Source of the DNA: an uncultured bacterium
GTDB lineage: Bacteria > Babelota > Babeliae > Babelales > Babelaceae
DNA: 64,000 bases
NCBI GenBank assembly: GCA_963824495.1
Contig: CAWGPQ010000006.1
Location: forward strand, 107,438-171,437
Direction: 5' to 3'
Shown: positions 21,473 to 32,300 of the stretch, piece by piece
Layout of the letters: the number at the start of each line of letters is the position of its first letter
Numbering within the stretch: the stretch's first letter is position 1
Program-made: the position numbers and the translations under genes
The notes under the pieces: model-generated
The model's input: the letters and a program-made list of their open reading frames with translations, nothing else
Told to the model about the DNA's origin: nothing
Databases searched by the model: none

Positions 21473-21721
21473 TTACTCACCCTCAAACCAGCCAAGCCAA
21501 CTGCTACCGGTGTTGCGGGAGCGCCTGCCGTTTGATGATGAGGTTCTTCTGCTTGTGGTACCCCTGCTGCTCGTGCTTCTGGTGCTACCTTGTTCAGAAC
21601 ATTGTCGTCCACGACACCTATGAGGAGCAACGCCACCTAAGTGCCCTGCTTGCGAACGACTCATTGTTCCGGTTTCTCCTGTCGATCGGCCACGACTTGA
21701 TGACCTATTATAAGCTGCCAT
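21473..21721 (-). CDS. Small Arg/Ser/Thr-rich protein with QAGHLGG-APHRCRG-C motif (82 aa)
   Basis: AAAGGAG RBS; MSRSQAGHLGGVAPHRCRGRQC. Confidence 0.85.
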   Translation of the reverse strand: MAAYNRSSSRGRSTGETGTMSRSQAGHLGGVAPHRCRGRQCSEQGSTRSTSSRGTTSRRTSSSNGRRSRNTGSSWLGWFEGE

Positions 21722-21860
21722 ACTAGTTCTCCTTTAGTATGTTATAGTTAATAATATAGTTAAGAATAACTGCTACGAATACCGTCAAAACGTATCCGTG
21801 CATCAACGTATGCACATACATACGAGATATTTAGAAATATCTAAAATTTTTTGTTAGCCT

Positions 21861-22280
21861 TTATTCTCTTAAGCCAAAATCTTCTTCGATTCCGTGCTCA
21901 GCTTTAAAGTCTGAACCTCTACTATTTAAGCTACTGCCGCTTCCTGTTCCACGTTCGGGTATGCGTTGGCTCTGATCCTGCTCGTATGAGCTTTTAGCTC
22001 GTTCTTCATCAAGGCTCGGCTCTATTTCTGCACCATGTTCAGCAGTAAAAGCACTTGACCTATCCTCAGCTACTGCAGCTTTCGTTGCAGAACGTCGTCT
22101 GCCTCCTATATCTTCGGCTCCAAACCCTATATGATCCCTATCATCACTCACCCAGCCGATGGTGGCGATACTATCTGGATCATAACTATGCAGAGGAGCA
22201 TCAGCTGGTGGAGTATCAGCGACCCTGTTATCGGTATCGGTCAGTGTAGTGCTTCTACGTTTTTTTGCATGTTTGTTCAT
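21861..22280 (-). CDS. Hydrophilic acidic, probably disordered protein with a duplicated SxFxAEHGxE motif
   Basis: GGGAGG RBS before ATG at 22280 (MNKHAKKRR); SAFTAEHGAE and SDFKAEHGIE. Confidence 0.7.
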   Translation of the reverse strand: MNKHAKKRRSTTLTDTDNRVADTPPADAPLHSYDPDSIATIGWVSDDRDHIGFGAEDIGGRRRSATKAAVAEDRSSAFTAEHGAEIEPSLDEERAKSSYEQDQSQRIPERGTGSGSSLNSRGSDFKAEHGIEEDFGLRE

Positions 22281-22325
22281 ACAAGCCTCCCTTGTATTTG
22301 CCGGGTTTCCGCGACCTCTAGTTTC

Positions 22326-22355
22326 ATTATACAAATATTAGTTTTATAATTGCAA
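22326..22355 (-). promoter_or_regulatory. Putative sigma70-type promoter TTGCAA-N18-TATAAT
   Basis: Read on the minus strand about 45 bp upstream of the 22280 start; the same geometry recurs at 40754 and 43684. Confidence 0.55.
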
Positions 22356-22525
22356 TAGTTTAATAAATATTTTTATATCTATTATCTTGTATATAATTCT
22401 ATTTGTGTTGTTTTTCGTCTCGAAGTGCATTCTTTGTAAAACAATCCCTTGAATACGCATAAGAATTGCTTTATAATTACAGATTAGATATAGAAACTTG
22501 AAGCCATTAATCGAAGGTTATAAAA

Positions 22526-23509
22526 GTGATGAAACTAAGTATACAGTTTTTGATTCTTAGGGTACTCATACTTACGATACCTATTTGTTCACTTTATTCT
22601 CAAGATAAAGGCCCTTATAAGGCTCATTTTCTGTTTGCTCATGGTTGGCAGGGGGATAAGTCAAACGTTGACTGGTATACGGGCAAAAGAAATCCTGCCT
22701 GGTCCATTATTACCGGTCCGTACTTATCGTTTGATTTTCCCGATGTTGATTTGTCTCGGCCGGACAAAGTAAACCCCCATTTGGTTAATGTGGGTCAGAC
22801 ACTTGATATACTTGCTCTTGAAACTGCCTATAAAAAGCTTTTACAGGTTATAGATGTTCAAGATCTTAAGCTTCATCGTGACGGTATTGTTATGATAGGT
22901 TCATCACGTGGTGCAGCTACGGCAATCAATGCAGCTTCTACCCGTACCATGCCTTATCTAAAAGCCGTCGTAGCTGAAGCACCTTTTGACGTCCTTGCCA
23001 ATGCTATCGATCATTTTCTTCTCAAGCATCAATACTTGGGGACACCGTACAGCTTTTTACCTATGTTTCTTCAAGAATGGGCACAAAAAAAGGCTATTAG
23101 TAGTTACTTTCCCGCCCATAAAACGGAAGATGTTTATCCCCTTTTAGTGATACACAACTTCCCTCATACTGTACCTATTATTCTTGTACACTCAAAGACC
23201 GATACAACTAACCCTATGAACAGCTCTCGCTTATTATATCTTGAATTACTGAGATCTGGACACAAGAAGGCCTATCTTCTTGAACTTGATTACGGTCCAC
23301 ATTATAAATACAATAGAATATACCCTGATAGTTCAGAGGCTCTTAAAAAATCTGCTCATAAGTATCTAACTGCTATTCATGCTTTCTATAAAGCCAACGC
23401 TATTCCTTATGATGAAAAACTGGCTTTCGAAGGGCAACGGTATATCGATAGCGGTGAGCTTCAGCCATCGGCTGCAGTTGTTGAAAAGCGCATTGCAGAA
23501 AGCACATAG
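22526..23509 (+). CDS. Secreted alpha/beta-hydrolase (intact Ser-Asp-His)
   Basis: Signal peptide, AHGWQG oxyanion loop, GSSRG nucleophile elbow, HSKTD and GPHY. Confidence 0.85.
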   Translation: MMKLSIQFLILRVLILTIPICSLYSQDKGPYKAHFLFAHGWQGDKSNVDWYTGKRNPAWSIITGPYLSFDFPDVDLSRPDKVNPHLVNVGQTLDILALETAYKKLLQVIDVQDLKLHRDGIVMIGSSRGAATAINAASTRTMPYLKAVVAEAPFDVLANAIDHFLLKHQYLGTPYSFLPMFLQEWAQKKAISSYFPAHKTEDVYPLLVIHNFPHTVPIILVHSKTDTTNPMNSSRLLYLELLRSGHKKAYLLELDYGPHYKYNRIYPDSSEALKKSAHKYLTAIHAFYKANAIPYDEKLAFEGQRYIDSGELQPSAAVVEKRIAEST

Positions 23510-23626
23510 TCTAAGAGCTCAAGTAGAGCTAATTTAAAAATCTAATTGAATAAAATCAAAAGATGCAGTATTCTATTTATTACTAAGCTAATCTGAGTAT
23601 CCCGTTATTTTGAGGCTTGTCTTTAA

Positions 23627-24544
23627 GTGCTTTATGTTATTATAATCTATGCATTACTCGCAAGTACTTTTTTATCAAACAAGCTCTTGCTCGCGCGTAT
23701 CCCTCCACTTTACCTATCAAGCTTAAGTACGCTGATAGGGGGGCTAGTTTTATTAGGGTATCGGAGCTTTAGGCGAACAGGTCCTCTCGTTCCTGATAAA
23801 AAGTACCTTATAAGAATTTTTCCTATAGCACTTTGTATTACCTATGGAGCAACACTTTTGAGGTTTTATGCTCTCAGTCAGCTTGCATCATATAAGGTGA
23901 GCTTTTTTTCAGTGCTTGACCCTTGTATTACTGCTCTTCTAGCCTATAGTGTAATGTCAGAAAAGATTACTAGAGTTCAACTTATAGGTATAGCTCTTGC
24001 TACGTTAGGCTCACTTCCACTTTTGCTTAACAGCTCAAGTAGCCAATCTCAAGCAGACATGAGATTAACCATAAGCATGCTTCCTTTAGCTGCAGCATTA
24101 CTTATGGTTATCGTGAACAGAAGTGGGTGGTTAATAGCACAGAGTACTCTTAGGAAATACTCTATAAACCCTCTAGACATGACAACTTTGATGCTCCTTA
24201 TGGGCGGCACAGGCTTGTTTTTAACAGCAGCCTGTGTTGAGAAATTTCCTTTTGCAGAGTTAGCCTTTTACGAGTATGCTCTTCTTGCATATGGAGCTCT
24301 AATCAGCAATGTTATTTGCTCAAGTGCCTATGCTTTCTTTTTAAAACGCTACAGCATCACTTTTCTAGCTCTTGCCGAGCTCATAACACCCCTTTGTGCG
24401 GCGCTTTATGGATGGCTTTTTGTGCATGAAGCAATTACGTGGCACTTCTTCTGTGCTATTTTCTTGGCCGCAGTAGGGCTTAGTTTATTTTCAAAGCCTA
24501 AGCTACCGAGCATCATATATAACTATATGAGCATTTTCCGCTAA
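23627..24544 (+). CDS. EamA/DMT-family transporter
   Basis: About 10 TM segments in two repeats, with P..TALLAY...SEKIT and P..AALYGWLFVHEAIT. Confidence 0.88.
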   Translation: MLYVIIIYALLASTFLSNKLLLARIPPLYLSSLSTLIGGLVLLGYRSFRRTGPLVPDKKYLIRIFPIALCITYGATLLRFYALSQLASYKVSFFSVLDPCITALLAYSVMSEKITRVQLIGIALATLGSLPLLLNSSSSQSQADMRLTISMLPLAAALLMVIVNRSGWLIAQSTLRKYSINPLDMTTLMLLMGGTGLFLTAACVEKFPFAELAFYEYALLAYGALISNVICSSAYAFFLKRYSITFLALAELITPLCAALYGWLFVHEAITWHFFCAIFLAAVGLSLFSKPKLPSIIYNYMSIFR

Positions 24545-24604
24545 GCCTACTATATGCTATAATTAAACACAGTTGTTTATAAAATTTTTAAGAAAGTCTT
24601 ACCT

Positions 24605-26953
24605 ATGAGCATTAAGATGAGCATTAACAAATTTTTTCAGTTATTGTTTTTTGTAGCTTGTGCATTAGCTTCGGGTCTCAGCAGCTGTGAGGTTCAGCAA
24701 AATCTAGAAGCTCATTTTCTTTGCGCTCCTGCGTATGGTACACGTGATTGGCAACTCCAAGCCTACACTTCCCTGATGCCTGGGTTATATAACCAGGTAG
24801 ACTTAACAACGCATACTGGCTTGGCATTACATAGATTTACGCTTGAGACGCGCTATAAAGAAATCTTACATCTGCTTGATGTAAGCAAGCTTGAGAATAA
24901 CCGTGATGGTATTGTTATTGTTGGTAGTGGCGAGGGTGCTACTGCAGCGCTTACGTCTGCCGCACGTATCAAGCTTCCTTTCTTAAAAGCATTGGTGATT
25001 GAATCACCTGTTGATCCATTAGCTCAAGCGCTTATTGATTACGGCCAAGAGCTTTATCACAAAGCTCAATTATCGCACGACATATCCCAGCCATTATATG
25101 CTCAAGCGCTCTCTAACCCTACGGCTTGGTACGCGAGCACCCCTCGTGCTGCCACGCAGCCATTACGTGACATCTATCCTATAAGTAGCGCATCCTATAT
25201 AGATCGTAACTTGCCCATCCTATTGGTGGCCGAACAGCATCACGGCTTGTATTCAAAAAATACAGCACATCTGCTCTATATCAAACTCAAGCAAGCTGGA
25301 CGTACTAATATTTACTTACTCGATTTAGAAGATACGTTCACATCTGATTCTTTATCTGAGTCCTACGTGGCAACTGTTCATGCTTTTTATGAAAAATATA
25401 ATATCCCCCATGATACTCTCTTGGCAGCTCAGGGTAGACGCCATCTTGAACAGGCTCAGCCATCTATCAAGAGCATTGAACAAAGTATTATAGAAAGCTA
25501 TAAAGATGATGCTTATAATAGAACATTTATGCTTGGTGCTTATGCTGCTCTAAGCGGTGTGTCTGCTCTTCTTATGCCAGCACTTAACTATGCTTTTGGT
25601 TCACAAACAGTTGATGACGACCCAGGCGAAGGACCAAGTGATCGGTCTGGGAAGAACAAAGCCCCTGACCGTAATCCGATATCCCCAACAGTTATCGTAA
25701 CCGGCTTGAGCGAAGAAAGTAGTCCTCTTCTTGTCATACCTCGAACTACTCAACAGGCTAGTATACTTGGCTCATTATTTGGCATGTTATTCGGCACGCC
25801 AACGTCAACTCCCCTTGAGGAGATTGGCGAAAATACCGAGCTTATGCTACAAAGCGTTGTTCAACGAGTCCAGGATTTAAACAATGAAATTGAAAAAACT
25901 TATGCTGAAAAGACTGCTACAGCAGCATGGGTAAGGACTATACGGAAACAAATTGCAGAAATAGAAGAAATCGTAAGTGGTGTCATACCCTCTGCTATGG
26001 ATCTTCTAGTGAGCGAAAAGGGTGGAGAAATCACTCTTGAACATATTGAGGGGCTTTCTTGCTTGCAGGAAAAAGACCGGGAGCATCTTAAGGAGATTAT
26101 GACTACAGTGCGCACTATCAGTAATAAGTCTAAGCCTTGGTTTGAGCACGTACTAAAAGTTGCTAGCGATCAGCCTGAGCGCCCTCAAGATGATCAAGAA
26201 GAGCGGATTGAGGTGACCGGGGCATTAGCACCATCTTCTGCACCTGAACGAAACCAAGAACTTGAGCAATTACCATATGATGATTTTGTAGCGATGGATA
26301 GGGCAATTGCATCAAGGATGGCTGATATAGAAGTAGCTATTAATGATTTAAAGCCCATCAATACCGAACAGCTAAAGCGTTACGAAATTTTAAACGCAAA
26401 AGATCTAGCAACGTTAGAAAATAAAATCAAGAATGAAGAAGTTAAGCATCTCATTCGGGAGCTTAATAGCTTGAATGAAAAGATTTCAACGCTTCAAAAA
26501 AGAGAAAGTGATAAAGTTGCTGCGGCTCGAGGAGAGCAAGAGGTAGCCCGACTATCGCTTGCTAGCGAGGCTGAACAAACAATAGAGAATCTTCTAGCTA
26601 TAGCCAAAGGAGGACGGGACCAATTGAACACGGAAGTCAAAGGCTATAAAGGGACAAGAAAACAATTTCTCAACCATGTTGCTCAACAGGGCAGTCAAAA
26701 GCACGTTGAACCTGCTCTCGCTACGATAACCAAATATCTTGAAACGCTTAAAGCGCATAGTGGTCCTTCCCTTAATAGGGCACATGAGCTGATACCTCAA
26801 ATGCAAGAACATGCTTCAATGGGGTTAATAGCTCGGCAGCTGCAAGAAGCACGTGAGAAAGTTGACGGTATAGTAACATCTATTGCGCAGGCAAAAGAGG
26901 CATTAGAGCAAAGACAGCGGAATCTATTAGCGGCGGCAAAGCCAAATAAGTAA
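24605..26953 (+). CDS. Secreted protein: inactive alpha/beta-hydrolase domain, hydrophobic segment and coiled-coil tail
   Basis: N-terminal ~300 aa homologous to 22526..23509 (RDGIV, LKA.V.ESP.D, HAFY....IP.D..LA..G), but the elbow reads GSGEG. Confidence 0.8.
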   Translation: MSIKMSINKFFQLLFFVACALASGLSSCEVQQNLEAHFLCAPAYGTRDWQLQAYTSLMPGLYNQVDLTTHTGLALHRFTLETRYKEILHLLDVSKLENNRDGIVIVGSGEGATAALTSAARIKLPFLKALVIESPVDPLAQALIDYGQELYHKAQLSHDISQPLYAQALSNPTAWYASTPRAATQPLRDIYPISSASYIDRNLPILLVAEQHHGLYSKNTAHLLYIKLKQAGRTNIYLLDLEDTFTSDSLSESYVATVHAFYEKYNIPHDTLLAAQGRRHLEQAQPSIKSIEQSIIESYKDDAYNRTFMLGAYAALSGVSALLMPALNYAFGSQTVDDDPGEGPSDRSGKNKAPDRNPISPTVIVTGLSEESSPLLVIPRTTQQASILGSLFGMLFGTPTSTPLEEIGENTELMLQSVVQRVQDLNNEIEKTYAEKTATAAWVRTIRKQIAEIEEIVSGVIPSAMDLLVSEKGGEITLEHIEGLSCLQEKDREHLKEIMTTVRTISNKSKPWFEHVLKVASDQPERPQDDQEERIEVTGALAPSSAPERNQELEQLPYDDFVAMDRAIASRMADIEVAINDLKPINTEQLKRYEILNAKDLATLENKIKNEEVKHLIRELNSLNEKISTLQKRESDKVAAARGEQEVARLSLASEAEQTIENLLAIAKGGRDQLNTEVKGYKGTRKQFLNHVAQQGSQKHVEPALATITKYLETLKAHSGPSLNRAHELIPQMQEHASMGLIARQLQEAREKVDGIVTSIAQAKEALEQRQRNLLAAAKPNK

Positions 26954-27133
26954 ACTTGCTTCAATACAATGATTAAGTGCGAGGGGTCACACCAATTATT
27001 GTATTAACTTCAATTTAATTTATTTTTTGAAATTGTTGTTAAAAGGTGCGTGACAGTGCTATAGTATTAAAAAGTACTCTTATTAACTATAGGGTATTGT
27101 TAGTACAAAGCTCATGATAAGGGGTGTGCTCGC

Positions 27134-29140
27134 GTGAAATTAAACGTTATTTTAGGCAAGCTATCACAGGTAACCCTTATGGTTGCGCTATGGTTTAGTT
27201 GTGTGGAAGCTCAACAGAAAGTTATAGCACATTTCCTTTTTGTTCCCGATTATGGCATGAGCAAGGACGAGATCAATGCCTACGAACCCCTTATGCCTGG
27301 TCCATCAGTTTACGTAAACTTTCCAAGCAGTCAAAGCTTAGCTCTCGGTCGTTTTAGGTTAGAAACGCGCTATAAAGAGCTGTTGCAATCACTTGATGTT
27401 AGTCAATTAAAAGCCAAGAGAGATGGTATTGTTATTCTTGGGGTTGGCAATGGTGCAACAGCAGCACTAACAGCTACAGCAACCAGTAGGCTGGCCTTTT
27501 TAAAAGCACTGGTAGTTGAATCGCCTGTTGATCCATTGGCCCGAGCACTTATCGATTACGGCCAGCAGCTTTTTGATAAAAATCCAGAGAATTCAAAAGC
27601 GTTACAGCTAGTTACTGAAGCACTCTCCGATCCTGGAGCTTGGTATGCGAGTACCGGTCTTGCTACAACTCAGCCATTACCTGATGTTTATCCCATAAGT
27701 AGCATCGAGCATATAGATCGTAATCTACCCGTGTTATTGGTAGTTCGACGTAATGATATTTTTTATCGAAAGAATGGAGCGCGCTTGCTGTATATCAAGC
27801 TTAAGCAGGCTGGACACCCTAACGTTTATTTACTTGATTTAGAAGATATTCTTGGTGACAGTGCCGTAACGAGTACCCATGTTTACGTTGAAGCGGTGCA
27901 TGCTTTTTACAAAAAATACGATATACCCTACGATATCCTATTAGCAACCGAGGGACAGCAGTATCTTGCACAAGCTCAACCTTCTATTGAAAGCATTGAG
28001 CAAACTATCTTACGTAGTTATGTAGACAATGCTTTTGCGCAAAAGGTTTTGTTAGGAGCGCTTACTGCGGGAATTGCATTTCCCACAGCAGCGCTTGGTA
28101 TTGCTGCTGAACCTGTGATAACAAAAGCAATTAGGGGAGCCGGTGCTCCAGAAGCACCTCAAGTACCTCCAGCGCCGGGTGGACCAGCAGCTGGAACAAG
28201 CTGGTCTGATATGTTAAAATCTGTCTACAATACGTTAGCTTCTAAATTCAAGGGCTCTCTCTTTTTTGGCAAAGCTGGTGGCCCGAGCGAAGCGAGTGGC
28301 TTTCTTGTGCCAACGACTCCTCAGGCTAAGGAACTTTTTGAGCTGCATGTACCAGCTGACATACAACAACCAATTCCATCGGGAACTCTTACTGACGTTA
28401 TTAAGCAAATAACTGAGCAACAGCTTAATGCACTTAATAATGAGGTTAGAGGGCTTGCAGATAGACTTCAGGCAATAAGTGAAACAGCGGATGAGGCCGC
28501 GCTAGAAGAGGTACAAAGAGAAATAGATGAAATTAATAAGCACCTAACAGATTTACCTGTTCCTGTTCGTCTACTTATTGAAGGTACATCGCTAGAAATT
28601 ACTACTGAGGCTGAAGAAAATACTCGTGCTCAATTAAGCCCACAAGCTCGTTCATATATAGAGCAGATTACCCAGCGCTTACGGTTAATTAAAAAACATC
28701 TGAATACTATAAAGCAAAGAATTGCAGCGCAGTATCAAGCTTTATCCAGCGCGGCTGGTAATGTAACAGAAAGAGCAGCGAATCATGCCAAGCTCTATCT
28801 TAATTTTGCCAAAAAATACCAAGAAGCACTTAATAAGCAACCAGATTTGAGCGAAGCTCTTGATTTACGGAGCTTTTGGAGATCTCAAGGCAAAAGGCAA
28901 GCTAATACCAGTTTTGCTGAAGATTCTAAATCACTTGATGAAATGATTGAGCAAGTTAAAGAATTCATCAAATCCCTAACGGGCAATTCACCATTAAACA
29001 GAGATACAACTAATTTGCTTAGAAAGCTTACTAATATGAAAAAATACCTAACAGATGATTATAACACCTTAACTACTGCTATGGCAATTCGTGTCCCTGG
29101 TGCTCCAACGCCTTCAGAGGTCAAGAAAAAGATTGGCTAA
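27134..29140 (+). CDS. Secreted protein: inactive alpha/beta-hydrolase domain, hydrophobic segment and helical tail
   Basis: Paralog of its neighbours; the elbow reads GVGNG. Confidence 0.8.
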   Translation: MKLNVILGKLSQVTLMVALWFSCVEAQQKVIAHFLFVPDYGMSKDEINAYEPLMPGPSVYVNFPSSQSLALGRFRLETRYKELLQSLDVSQLKAKRDGIVILGVGNGATAALTATATSRLAFLKALVVESPVDPLARALIDYGQQLFDKNPENSKALQLVTEALSDPGAWYASTGLATTQPLPDVYPISSIEHIDRNLPVLLVVRRNDIFYRKNGARLLYIKLKQAGHPNVYLLDLEDILGDSAVTSTHVYVEAVHAFYKKYDIPYDILLATEGQQYLAQAQPSIESIEQTILRSYVDNAFAQKVLLGALTAGIAFPTAALGIAAEPVITKAIRGAGAPEAPQVPPAPGGPAAGTSWSDMLKSVYNTLASKFKGSLFFGKAGGPSEASGFLVPTTPQAKELFELHVPADIQQPIPSGTLTDVIKQITEQQLNALNNEVRGLADRLQAISETADEAALEEVQREIDEINKHLTDLPVPVRLLIEGTSLEITTEAEENTRAQLSPQARSYIEQITQRLRLIKKHLNTIKQRIAAQYQALSSAAGNVTERAANHAKLYLNFAKKYQEALNKQPDLSEALDLRSFWRSQGKRQANTSFAEDSKSLDEMIEQVKEFIKSLTGNSPLNRDTTNLLRKLTNMKKYLTDDYNTLTTAMAIRVPGAPTPSEVKKKIG

Positions 29141-29365
29141 GATGGCATTCCAAGAAGCTGCTTTGCGTACAGCATGGCCGAGTAGTCTCTCGTTTGCGTT
29201 TTAGATCTCGCTAGATGGGGTGATTATCCGAGATTACAGCAACTTAATTAATCTAATCTGTAAATTCTTGTTAATATGTACTTAATAATGTTATAGTATT
29301 AAAAAGTGCTATAATGAAAATATAGGATATTCTTAGCGCAAAGCTAATGTAAGGAGTTTATTCAA

Positions 29366-32300
29366 ATGAAATTAAACGCTATTCTACGCAGGTTATCATG
29401 CGTAACCCTTATGGTTGTTACGTCATGGCTTGGTTGCGTGCAAGCTCAACATAAAGTAACGGCACATTTCCTTTTTGCTCCTGATTACGATATGAGCAAA
29501 GAGCAGCTTCAGGCTTACACTCCTCTTATAACGGGACCCTCAGCTCAAGTAAACTTTACGAAGAGCGAGAGTCTGGCTCTGGATCGTTTTAGGTTAGAAA
29601 CGCGCTATAAAGAGCTATTACAATCACTTGATGTTAGCCAACTAAAAACACATAAAGATGGTATTGTTATTCTTGGAGTTGGTCGTGGTGCAACAGCAGC
29701 ACTAACAGCTACAGCAACCAGTAGGCTTGCCTTTTTAAAAGCACTGGTAGTTGAATCGCCGGTTGATCCATTGGCCCAAGCGCTTATTGATTATGGACAG
29801 GAGCTTTTTGATAAATCTCAAGGAAAGCTAGAGGAAATACAACCGTTATTTACTCGAGCGCTCCCTGATCCTGCAGCTTGGTATGTAGCTAGAGCACAAG
29901 TACAGCCGCTTCGTAATGTCTACTCTATAGGTAGCATAGACCGCATAGATCGCACGCTACCTCTTTTATTAATAGTGCAGCACAATGATCCATTCTATAG
30001 CAATAATACGACACGCTTACTTTATATCAAGCTCAAACAAGCTGGATATACTAACGTTTATTTGCTTGATTTAGAAGACATTCTAGGTGCTGGTACCGTA
30101 ACGAGCCCTTACGTTGCAGCTGTTCATGCTTTTTATAAAAAATACGATATACCCTACGATACTACATTGGCAGCCGAGGGACAGCAATATTTTGCACAAG
30201 CCCAGCCTTCTATCGAAAGCGTTGAACAAAGCATCTTAAGTAGCTACGAAGATAATGCCTTTGCACGAAAGCTCGGCTTAGGAATATTTGCAGGTGGGGG
30301 CGCACTTATCGCAGCTCTTGGTCTTAAAGAAATAACAGCACCGCAGAGAGCAGCAGCTGCTCAACGGCGAGAATTAGCTCCTCAACGGCAAGAATTAGCC
30401 AAAGAAGTTCTAAAGCGGGTAGAGGAAGCCTTAGGGGAAGAAGTACCTGCAGCTGCGGAAATACCACAAGTACCTCAAGTCCCAGCAGAAGGGCGCGGTA
30501 TACCCAAAGTACCGCCCCTACCAAAGGCACCGCCTCGAGCACCAGAAGGAACAAGCTGGTCTGATGTTTTCAAAAGTACGTATGCTAGTATTGTTGCTAA
30601 TCTCAAAAAGATTGGTCCGGCAACTGGAGCTGGTGTGGACCTTAGTGAGCCAACTCTGCTATTTGGGGGATTACTCCCATTAACTGATATTCCGGTTCAA
30701 CTGGTTCCACCATCGACGACTGCTATACCGCTAGAACCCGATCTGCAGAGGCGAGTCCTTACAAGTCAGCTATTAGCGATTGCGTTCAATATACGAGAGC
30801 TTCAAAGACAGCTGCAGGTTCCTAACCCTGCCCCAGAATGGCTAACGTCTATTAGGGAATTACTTCTTTTAACGACGCAACAGATTGAAAATCTGCCTCA
30901 GCCGTTTAGAGGTTTAATTGAAGGTAGGGCGCTTGAATTACCATCTATACCACCTGGTGCTTCACAAGCTTTAGCAGCTCCGCAACGGCAGAATCTCCAA
31001 AACATTGGACAACAACTTATCAAGGTTGGTGAAGATCTTGCTAAGTTAGAGAAAGAAGCTGCTCAACAACCGCAGCAAGAAATTCTAAGTCAATTAAAAA
31101 CGATTAGGGATAATGTAAGGTGGCTTCAGAAGCAACTGCTGGTTCCTAACCCTACCGGAGAGCTTCTAGATTCTATTAAGCAGTTACTTGCTTTGACGAC
31201 GGGACAGATCGCAAATCTTCCTCAGCAAATTAGAAAGTTAATTGAAGGTGGTGCGCCTGGATCGTCAAACCTAGGGCAACAAATTGCCAAGATTCGCGAA
31301 GATCTTGCTAAATTAGAGAAAGAAGTTGCTCAACAACAGCTTCCAGCTCCAGTACCGCCACAACCATTGCCACCTGCTCCTAAACTAGTAAAAGGGACGC
31401 AGGTACCAGAACAGGTATACGGAAATATTTTGAGTACTGCTCGAGACATTCGAGCAATTGTGAATGTGGACCTTCGAACATTGGAAAGACTTCCTTTAAG
31501 CAATCTTGAACGTATAAGAGCCTATAAAGGGATTAATCAGAAGAATATGAAAGAGGTAGAGGGCAAGCTTACTCTCAATAGTCCGTTAATGAAGGAGTTG
31601 ACAGAATTAAGCAACGACCTTGATAAAATTGAACAAAGGCTAGTTGAAAAAAAAGCAATAGTTGCAAAAGCCCAAGAAGAAGCTCGACTCCGCAAGCAAG
31701 CAGAAGAACAGGAAGCTGAACGCAAGCAGCAACAAATACAACAAGAGGCTGCTGTCAGCAAGTTATTAGAAGATATAGCAAAGAGCGTTTCTGATCAGCA
31801 AAGAGTTTTGTTGGAAGTACTGCCTTTGAATGAACTAGAGATGGCGATTAGACAAAATAATCAACATACACTAGGGGGTCAACAAAGACTAGCGCAAAGA
31901 GCTATTGCAGAGTTTGACCCAGACGCAAATGCGTTGGCTGACAGGGCAAATAAGCTTATGAGTCAGCTTACGGCCCCAGAACAGCAACCGCTACATGATG
32001 CGCTGGATGCAGCATCGAAAAGTCTTGAAGAGATTAGATTTGAGTTCCAGATAAGGCTTCAGAGAATACAAGAAGGTATAAACAAAGTACGGGAAAGTAC
32101 AGCTGGACCGTTACCATCTGCTACACAACCTACCTTGACTCCCCCCCTTCCTAAAGGAGCACCGGAGGAGCTAGTAAGATTGCAAATTCAATTAAATTCT
32201 TATGTAAGAGATGCGCAAACGCTTGATCAATGGTTTCAGCAAGTTATTACCGAATTGACTGCATTACAGAGAGTTGTTAATTCTAATCTGCCTGTTGACT

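Noticed and set aside
21780..21846. Short inverted repeats upstream of the motif-peptide genes
   Set aside because: Short and AT-rich; compatible with a weak terminator or chance.
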